From positions 1 through 64,000 of IMG/VR virus record IMGVR_UViG_3300047157_000229: a stretch of 64,000 nucleotides of DNA, one strand, 5' to 3'. This document shows positions 57,128-64,000 of this stretch, piece by piece. The notes beneath the pieces are model-generated. The model searched no databases, was not told the origin of the DNA, and saw nothing but the letters and a program-made list of their open reading frames with translations. Made by a program: the position numbers and the translations under genes. Each line of letters begins with the position of its first letter. The stretch's first letter is position 1. The stretch comes from a virus.

Positions 57128-58216
57128 TTATTTTCCCTTGTAGATAAGGGATAAAATGGCTTCGGTAGTCTTTTCGTAAGTCATAGTGTCTCCCAATTTG
57201 ACTCCCTCTGCGTTAATTTGTCCCACTTTAGTCTCAGCCTCTTCCATAGCTTTGATGACGGTTTCTTCATCCCAGTCATAGAAGTTTCCTTGATTATAAT
57301 CAGCACCTTTATTGAAGAATACACCGTCTGCACTAGGTACAGTCTGTCCTGTAGATTCGATTAAAATACAATTGTCTTCTGTAGCCCAATCTTTATGGGA
57401 AGTTTCATTTAGAACAATGCTCCATTTACCTAAACAGGTAGCATTGAATGCAGGTAAGTTCCAACCTTCGCCACCAGAAAGACCAGTAAGGTCAATATCT
57501 ATAGCGTTAAGAAGTTCGTTTACTTCTGCATTCTTTGCAAGGTGGGGTATAATGTTAAGATTATTATAGTTTTCACCTTTAGTGATATCTTGCCAAACAC
57601 CATGCATTTGTTCTGGTTTGAAAAACGGGTTGTTTATGCAGCAAGATAATTGATATTTAGGGTTATTACCATATTTAGACAACCAAGTCTGGATAATCTT
57701 TTTGGTATGTTTTCTATTTTCGAATTTGCCCATTAGACCAAAATGGACAATATCTTTTAAGTATTCTCTATCAGTCCTTTTAAACTCCTCATCAAAGCCT
57801 AAAGGTATGAAATGGGTGTTATCACAACCTTCTTCCTCAAACATATCTTTCGCATATGTGGAGGAAAAAATTGTAGAGTCTTGAACCGCGCAAGTAGCCT
57901 TCTCAATCTTAGTAGGCTCACTACACTCATAGAAAGTAAACAGATGTTGATGTTTATTTTTTCTATTTTCAGACCCATTAAAATGCCAAAGTCTCAAAGA
58001 TGGAATCTCTTTATCAACAAAACTCCATCTTTCGTTTATAGCATTATCAATGTATTCTTTTAAATCTTCACTAACATCGAATGCGGAAAGATCCACGTTA
58101 TCTCCCGTAGGAAATAATCCTATCTCGACATTTAGCCTTTTTAATTCTTTGATAATATTATAAGAAACATTACCAAAACTGAGGCTGTTTAGAGGTGCTT
58201 CTAAAAGAAGTTTCAT
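57128..58216 (-). CDS. GT-B glycosyltransferase (GT4-like)
   Basis: IPLGFD, GKFENRK, SGGEGWNLP. Confidence 0.8.
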   Translation of the reverse strand: MKLLLEAPLNSLSFGNVSYNIIKELKRLNVEIGLFPTGDNVDLSAFDVSEDLKEYIDNAINERWSFVDKEIPSLRLWHFNGSENRKNKHQHLFTFYECSEPTKIEKATCAVQDSTIFSSTYAKDMFEEEGCDNTHFIPLGFDEEFKRTDREYLKDIVHFGLMGKFENRKHTKKIIQTWLSKYGNNPKYQLSCCINNPFFKPEQMHGVWQDITKGENYNNLNIIPHLAKNAEVNELLNAIDIDLTGLSGGEGWNLPAFNATCLGKWSIVLNETSHKDWATEDNCILIESTGQTVPSADGVFFNKGADYNQGNFYDWDEETVIKAMEEAETKVGQINAEGVKLGDTMTYEKTTEAILSLIYKGK

Positions 58217-58582
58217 TTAAAATGGAACGTCATCACTATCGCCACCACTAGATCCTGAATTAGAATCACCATCTTCAGACTTCTTTGAGCCTAGAAACTG
58301 GAGGTCTTTACCGCGAATGAAGTATTTGCTAAATTGCTTACCATCTTTTTCCCAAGATGACATACAAAGCTCTCCATTTACAATAAATTCTCTACCCTTG
58401 GAGAGATATTTCTCAGCGATTTCCGCTGTTTTATCCCAATATTCGATATCTACGAAGCACTTAGTCTTGGCATTTGATGTTGAGATTCCAGCGCGAAGGC
58501 TGACTACTTTTTTCCCATTGCTGGTATTACGAACTACTGGATCTTTTACCAAATAGGCTGCTGCTGTTACTGAATTATACAT
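58217..58582 (-). CDS. ssb: Single-stranded DNA-binding protein
   Basis: OB-fold motifs, YLSKG, acidic DDVPF tail. Confidence 0.92.
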   Translation of the reverse strand: MYNSVTAAAYLVKDPVVRNTSNGKKVVSLRAGISTSNAKTKCFVDIEYWDKTAEIAEKYLSKGREFIVNGELCMSSWEKDGKQFSKYFIRGKDLQFLGSKKSEDGDSNSGSSGGDSDDVPF

Positions 58583-59159
58583 AATTTATTTCGCTCTTTA
58601 CTTTGTTTATAAACTTATTGTGGATGTTTATACACCCTTGAATGCTAAGGTCAAGACTATTTGCGATAGCTCTCCAAGGAGTGAGCTTATTATTAGGTGA
58701 ACCGTATCGCATGTCAACTATTTTTTTTACTCTATCGTCAGATTCCTTTTTTAAGCACTCTTCGAATAGTATCATCGCCTCGTCTTTGTTGATATCTGGG
58801 ATGAAAGATTCGCAGTGAGGCTCTACATAACTATTCTCGTCGTCAATAAAATACTCTTTACATTTTCGTTTTTTATTGAGGGCATTTAGACACTTCCATT
58901 TAGTCTGGTTTGCTAAGTGTGTAGAAAATTTAGTGTTGCGATTTGGATCATAGTTTAAAGCCGAATCGTAAATGGTTAAATCTTTTTCTCCTACGATCTG
59001 ATTCTTATCTAATGTGAAATTTGGGTGAGACATGTAATGATTCACCATTGTGTGGAATATCCCAGAGTGCCTGTCTATCAGAGCTATGAGGCTATCCTCA
59101 TCGCAATGATTTTCTTGTATTTTTGAGATTAATGTGAGGTCGCTATCCACTTCCACCAT
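58575..59159 (-). CDS. Phage sigma-factor-like protein
   Basis: YDPNRNTKFSTHL (region 2); IVDMRYG...WRAIANSLDLS (region 4). Confidence 0.75.
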   Translation of the reverse strand: MVEVDSDLTLISKIQENHCDEDSLIALIDRHSGIFHTMVNHYMSHPNFTLDKNQIVGEKDLTIYDSALNYDPNRNTKFSTHLANQTKWKCLNALNKKRKCKEYFIDDENSYVEPHCESFIPDINKDEAMILFEECLKKESDDRVKKIVDMRYGSPNNKLTPWRAIANSLDLSIQGCINIHNKFINKVKSEINYV

Positions 59160-59310
59160 TCTACGTTCTCAAGCCAGTTTTTCTACTTTTTTTTCAGAAA
59201 AAAAATCGTTATATTTTATAATATATTTATAAAACGTAATCAATATAGGATAACGTATACTCAATCTATAACGTAAAAGGTATAAATTACGTGTAGCCCG
59301 TTTCACGGTA

Positions 59311-59338
59311 ATTATGAAAACAAAATGTCTTCTGTCAA
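59311..59338 (-). promoter_or_regulatory. sigma70 promoter for the sigma-like/ssb operon
   Basis: TTGACA-16-CATAAT. Confidence 0.65.
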
Positions 59339-59399
59339 GAAAAAAAAATTGTGAAAATACTCTTGCCTCTGAGCAGTGCTGAGTGTAAAATCCTTTAAC

Positions 59400-60425
59400 A
59401 TGATTGCTGAAGAAAAAACAAATGAGATGGCTACGAAAAATACGAATAAAAAACTCATTTTTGAAGAGCAATTATCTAGAAAACCTGACCAATTCCCTTG
59501 GGCGCAAGACTTTATTGACGCTATGCATCAGGGGTTTTGGACGGATAAAGAATTTAGCTTTAGCAGCGACATACAAGACTTCAATGTAAATTTGAATCCT
59601 ACAGAAAAAGAAATTATCGTAAGAACTCTTTCGGCTATCGGGCAGATAGAGGTAGCTGTTAAGAAGTTTTGGAGTAAGCTGGGAGACAATTTGCCTCACC
59701 CTAGCCTCACTGATCTTGGTTATGTTATGGCCAACACTGAAGTCATTCATAATAATGCTTACGAGAGATTATTGACTGTTTTGGGTCTGGAAGAAGTGTT
59801 CGAAGAGAATCTCAAACTAGACTTTATTGAGGGGCGCGTAAAATATCTCAGGAAATATAACCATAAGTTTTACAAAGATTCTAAAAAGCAATATGTTTAC
59901 GCCCTAACGCTCTTTACCCTTTTTGTTGAGAACGTGTCACTATTTTCCCAATTTTACATCATTAATTGGTTCAATCGCAACCAAAATGTCTTAAAGGATA
60001 CTGGTCAGCAAGTCAAATACACTCGTAATGAGGAAAACATTCACGCTTTAGCTGGGATTAAAATTATCAACACTATTCGCAGTCAATACCCTGAGCTATT
60101 CGACGATGAACTGGAAGAACGTATTCTTTCTGAAGCTCAAGCCGCTTTTATCGCGGAGAGTAATATTGTAGATTGGATGATTAATGGATTTAATGAAAAA
60201 GGATTGAACGCTGACATTTTAAAAGAATTCATCAAAAATAGGATAAATGATTCTTTAGAGAAAATTGGTTTTCATTCGGCGTTTGAAGTTGACACTTCTT
60301 TGCTTAAAGATACAATGTGGTTCGAAGAAGAATTGATTGGTAATAATGCTACAGATTTCTTCCATTCACGCCCTGTGGAGTACTCGAAAAATTCACAGAC
60401 CTTTAACGCAGACGAATTGTTTTAA
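59400..60425 (+). CDS. nrdB: Ribonucleotide reductase beta subunit (class Id-like)
   Basis: QIEVAVK, EVIHNNAY, VENVSLFSQF, EENIH; TTGCCT-17-TAAAAT promoter. Confidence 0.93.
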   Translation: MIAEEKTNEMATKNTNKKLIFEEQLSRKPDQFPWAQDFIDAMHQGFWTDKEFSFSSDIQDFNVNLNPTEKEIIVRTLSAIGQIEVAVKKFWSKLGDNLPHPSLTDLGYVMANTEVIHNNAYERLLTVLGLEEVFEENLKLDFIEGRVKYLRKYNHKFYKDSKKQYVYALTLFTLFVENVSLFSQFYIINWFNRNQNVLKDTGQQVKYTRNEENIHALAGIKIINTIRSQYPELFDDELEERILSEAQAAFIAESNIVDWMINGFNEKGLNADILKEFIKNRINDSLEKIGFHSAFEVDTSLLKDTMWFEEELIGNNATDFFHSRPVEYSKNSQTFNADELF

Positions 60426-62068
60426 TGACTGACTATTATTGGCTAAATGAGGACTCAAGAATATTTCTTGAGAGAGGTTACCTAAAAGGGGAATCTCCTG
60501 AACAGAGGATAAAAGATATAGCTGATACCGCAGAAGGGTATTTGGGTATTTCTGGTTTCTCAGATAAATTCGTGGGTTACATGAAGCAGGGTTTTTACTC
60601 TTTAGCTTCTCCTGTCTGGTCTAATTTTGGTAGAAAACGTGGGCTACCTATTTCTTGCAATGGGGTATATGTTCCTGATAGAATGGACGGTATCCTAGCT
60701 AAACAAAGCGAGGTTGGAATGCAAACTAAACATGGTTCTGGGACTTCAGCTTATTTCGGGGAACTTAGGGGAAGGGGAGCTAAAATTAATTCGGGTGGCG
60801 AGTCTTCTGGTGCTGTCCATTTCATGGAATTATTTGATAAGGTAGCCTCTGTTGTTTCTCAAGGGAATGTGAGGAGGGGATCTTTTGCTGCGTATTTGCC
60901 TATTGAACATCCTGACGTAAAAGAGTTTTTGCGTATTCGTAGTGAGGGTAATGCTATTCAGGAAATGTCTTTTGCAGTTACTGTTACTGATTCTTGGATG
61001 CAAGAAATGATTGATGGTAATAGAGATAAACGGCAACTCTGGATGAATGTAATAAAAAAGAGGTATGAGACTGGATACCCCTATATCTTCTTCCAAGATA
61101 ACGCTAATAATCAAGCTCCAGATTGCTACAAAGATAAAGGCATGAAAATCTACGCTTCTAATCTCTGCAATGAAATCAGCTTACCCTCTAAAGAAGATGA
61201 ATCTTTTGTTTGTTGTTTGTCATCTCTAAATCTAGTCCAGTGGGACGAGATAGTAAAAACAGATGCTATAGAAACTCTAACAATGTTTCTAGATGCTGTT
61301 ATGGAGGAATACATCCAGAAGACAGAATCTATTCCATTTATGGAAGCTTCTCATAATTTTGCTAAACGTCATAGAGCTATTGGGATGGGCGTTTTAGGTT
61401 GGCATTCATATCTTCAGAGTAAGATGATCAGCTTCGAAAGCATGGAGGCAAAACTCTTAAATAGTTCCATCTTTAAGAGGATAAGAAAATCTAGTGATCG
61501 AGCTACAGAAGATTTAGCTAATCGTTTAGGTGAACCATTGTATTGTCAAGGTTATGGGCGCAGGAACACAACTACTCTAGCTATTGCTCCTACTACTAGT
61601 AGTTCTTTTATATTAGGCCAAGCTTCTCCATCTATTGAGCCTCTAAATGGAAACTATTTCACTAAAGATCTAGCTAAAGGTAAATTTTCTTATAGGAATC
61701 CTTATTTAAAATCTCTATTGGCAGAGAAAGGTAAGGACACAGATGATGTTTGGATAAGCATTCTTAATTCTGGGGGGTCAGTTCAAAGGTTATCTTTTTT
61801 AAGTGATGAAGAGAAAGATGTCTTTAAAACTTTTGGCGAAATTTCTCAAAAAGAAATTGTTATTCAAGCAGCTCAAAGGCAAAAATTCCTTGATCAAGGG
61901 CAGTCTTTAAATTTGATGGTTAGTCCAGAAACCTCTTATAAAGAAGTCAATCAGTTAATGATTTACGCTTGGGAAAATGGCGTAAAAGGTCTATATTATC
62001 AAAGAAGCGCTAATCCTAGCCAAGAATTAGCTAGATCTATACTTAATTGCTCATCTTGCGAAGGTTAA
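60425..62068 (+). CDS. nrdA: Ribonucleotide reductase alpha subunit (no ATP cone)
   Basis: PISC, RRG, SNLCNEI, CCLSSLN, APTTSSS, GLYY, C-terminal CSSCEG. Confidence 0.95.
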   Translation: MTDYYWLNEDSRIFLERGYLKGESPEQRIKDIADTAEGYLGISGFSDKFVGYMKQGFYSLASPVWSNFGRKRGLPISCNGVYVPDRMDGILAKQSEVGMQTKHGSGTSAYFGELRGRGAKINSGGESSGAVHFMELFDKVASVVSQGNVRRGSFAAYLPIEHPDVKEFLRIRSEGNAIQEMSFAVTVTDSWMQEMIDGNRDKRQLWMNVIKKRYETGYPYIFFQDNANNQAPDCYKDKGMKIYASNLCNEISLPSKEDESFVCCLSSLNLVQWDEIVKTDAIETLTMFLDAVMEEYIQKTESIPFMEASHNFAKRHRAIGMGVLGWHSYLQSKMISFESMEAKLLNSSIFKRIRKSSDRATEDLANRLGEPLYCQGYGRRNTTTLAIAPTTSSSFILGQASPSIEPLNGNYFTKDLAKGKFSYRNPYLKSLLAEKGKDTDDVWISILNSGGSVQRLSFLSDEEKDVFKTFGEISQKEIVIQAAQRQKFLDQGQSLNLMVSPETSYKEVNQLMIYAWENGVKGLYYQRSANPSQELARSILNCSSCEG

Positions 62069-62108
62069 TCGTTCATTTTTAATATTTAAAAGTGTAAAAG
62101 TTTTCTAG

Positions 62109-63086
62109 ATGGAATACGATTTTTCAGATAAAGCGAAGGACTTCTTGGAGAGTCAGAGCGCTAAACGCTCTGGTCCAAAAGGATCGGCTCAAACACCCGC
62201 CAAGCCCTCTGAGAGAAAGAAGGGGTCTTCGAAAAATGAAAAAGGATCTGCTGGTGGAGATAAAAAAGCCCCAGCTATCACTTTTTCAGATAAAGTTATA
62301 ACTTCTTTGAAGAATAAAGTAAAAGAGCATAACGAAAAATCTTCAAAAAAAGTAAGTCTAAGTCAGCTTAAAAAAGTCTATCGTAGAGGTTCAGGAGCTT
62401 TCTCTAGTAGCCACCGCCCTGGAAAAAGTAGGGGCCAGTGGGCTATGGCTCGCGTTAATACATTCTTAAAGATGGTTCGTGGTGGTAAAGTAAAAGAATC
62501 TTATCGGGCTGCAGATGGAGATATAGCCAGAGGTAGTGAAGACTATTATGTGGAGGAAATTGGCAATGCCTTTACTGATTTCGACGAGTTAGAATTCGGT
62601 CTCGCTAAAATTGATCTCTTAAAAGCTGGTGTTTCTGAATTGGATATGGATCAAGATATCGAAGATATTGATTATTCAGAAGCGGAAAAAAAAACTCTTA
62701 ATAAGCCTTTTAGACTAAAAGGTGGTAAAAAGAAATTTGGGGTATATGTAAAAAGCCCAAAAACTGGGAATACTATCATGGTTAAATTTGGTGATCCTAA
62801 TATGGAAATCAAAAGAGACGATCCTGATAGAAGGCGTAGTTTTAGAGCTAGGCACAAATGCGATACAGCTAAGGACAAAACTACACCTCGTTATTGGAGT
62901 TGTAGGTTCTGGTCGAAGAAACCTGTAAGTTCAATGGCTTCTGAAGAAGCTATAGAATGGGATGACGAAGAAATTTTGAGTGAGTGGGCTTGGGATGATG
63001 AGGGGTTTGCCGAGCATCAAGATCTACTAAACGCTTACCCGTTTCTTACTGAGATTAAGTTAGTGGTTGAAGAAGAAGAATTGTAG
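62109..63086 (+). CDS. Modular late protein (possible internal head protein)
   Basis: VYRRG.GA..SSHRPG...QWAMARVN and VKFGDP...RRSFRARHKC...RYWSC modules; GTGTAA upstream. Confidence 0.7.
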   Translation: MEYDFSDKAKDFLESQSAKRSGPKGSAQTPAKPSERKKGSSKNEKGSAGGDKKAPAITFSDKVITSLKNKVKEHNEKSSKKVSLSQLKKVYRRGSGAFSSSHRPGKSRGQWAMARVNTFLKMVRGGKVKESYRAADGDIARGSEDYYVEEIGNAFTDFDELEFGLAKIDLLKAGVSELDMDQDIEDIDYSEAEKKTLNKPFRLKGGKKKFGVYVKSPKTGNTIMVKFGDPNMEIKRDDPDRRRSFRARHKCDTAKDKTTPRYWSCRFWSKKPVSSMASEEAIEWDDEEILSEWAWDDEGFAEHQDLLNAYPFLTEIKLVVEEEEL

Positions 63087-63105
63087 GTTATAATAACCTC
63101 ACTAG

Positions 63106-63951
63106 ATGAGGGTATTATTCATTTCCGACTTCACGCTGGAAGATAATTCTGGTGGCGCACAAGTAAGTAATAAAATTATAATAGATAAAGGTCGAGAGCT
63201 TGGCTATGAGATTAAGGAGCATAGCTACAGATCATCAGCTACCGATTTTTTGTCTTCTTATGATTTGGTTGTGAATTCTAATCTGGAGGTAATAAGTAGA
63301 ATTACTCCAGAAAAAATCCCCTTGATCTTAAGAATGCCTAATTCAGTTAGGCTTGAGCATGACTCCTGTAGTTATTTAACTGACAGTCTTAGAGAACACT
63401 TTTTTAGTAAAGCCGAAAAAAATTTCTTTCTAAGCAATTATCATCTAGAGTTTTTCCAAAACTTATATGGTGACTACTTCCATAATGTGGAGATAAATTA
63501 TGACCCTATCGATACTTCACTTTTCACTAAATCTGAAGATTCTAAAGAGTATGATGTAGTTTATTGCGGTTATCTGCACCCGCTAAAAGGATTTAACAAT
63601 CTATTAGACTTTGCTAAAACAAATCCTGACAGGCAAGTAGATGTGTTTGGGTGGGGCGAAGCTTCTGCGGAGCGGTTTTTTAAAGATATTAAAAACATTA
63701 AATATCACGGATTGCTATCTCATAATGAAGTAGCGGAGGTATTTAAGAAATCTAAAGCTTTATTTCATTCTCCAATAGTAAACGAGCCTTTTTGTCGAAT
63801 GGTGGGAGAAGCATTATTATGTGGTATTGATGAGATTATAGGTGACACATCAAAGATAGGGTCTTATAAGGAGTTCAATAAAGTTGGTTACGACAAATTC
63901 AAAGAGGGTTGTCAAAACGCAGCTTCTAAATTCTGGGAAAAAATAAAATGA
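63106..63951 (+). CDS. GT4-like glycosyltransferase
   Basis: GGAQ, GYLHPLKG, EPFCRMVGEA. Confidence 0.85.
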   Translation: MRVLFISDFTLEDNSGGAQVSNKIIIDKGRELGYEIKEHSYRSSATDFLSSYDLVVNSNLEVISRITPEKIPLILRMPNSVRLEHDSCSYLTDSLREHFFSKAEKNFFLSNYHLEFFQNLYGDYFHNVEINYDPIDTSLFTKSEDSKEYDVVYCGYLHPLKGFNNLLDFAKTNPDRQVDVFGWGEASAERFFKDIKNIKYHGLLSHNEVAEVFKKSKALFHSPIVNEPFCRMVGEALLCGIDEIIGDTSKIGSYKEFNKVGYDKFKEGCQNAASKFWEKIK

Positions 63952-64000
63952 ACTTTCTATGTGGGACATATTTTAAGCATCAATGCGGGTTACAGTTAAC

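Noticed and set aside
59381-59400. GTGTAA before nrdB as a late promoter
   Set aside because: It overlaps a good sigma70 extended -10 (TG-TAAAAT) with a -35 at 17 bp, so it is ambiguous and was not counted
1-64000. Diversity-generating retroelement, retron, integrase or lysogeny module
   Set aside because: No reverse transcriptase or recombinase motifs and no TR/VR pair noticed in this window

Overview
The window is part of a large, AT-rich tailed-phage genome. It looks siphovirus-like: a 2333-aa tape measure, lambda gpL/gpM-like tail-tip proteins, no sheath seen, and no integrase or CRISPR. A PEP-CTERM-like gene suggests a host with an exosortase, possibly Verrucomicrobiota (inference). Layout: (1) 1-10.9 kb holds tail tip, lysis and envelope genes; (2) 11-18.4 kb holds rightward nucleotide/recombination genes (MazG-like, DenV-like, tRNA-CAT, Endo VII, HNH-AP2, RuvB-like); (3) 18.4-27.3 kb is a leftward early region of small genes; (4) 27.5-56.4 kb holds packaging, head and tail genes plus PhoH and a sigma-like gene; (5) 56.4-64 kb holds Hsp20, glycosyltransferases, SSB, a second sigma-like gene and a class Id-like RNR. 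The most striking unexplained structure is in the early region. Six copies of a 77-bp element (27-bp palindrome + 23-bp GC-rich spacer + 27-bp palindrome, exact 50-bp phasing; 11 of 12 palindromes contain the IHF consensus WATCARNNNNTTR) divide it into promoter-gene-terminator modules, one encoding a DGQHR/ParB-like protein. A second motif (AGGTC-N13/14-CAAATA, ~29-bp period) lies beside several copies. A GTGTAW motif 8-12 nt before late-gene start codons is a candidate phage-sigma late promoter, and early sigma70 promoters appear to give leaderless mRNAs. Several genes have indels that look like sequencing errors. All family calls are by motif recognition, not database searches.
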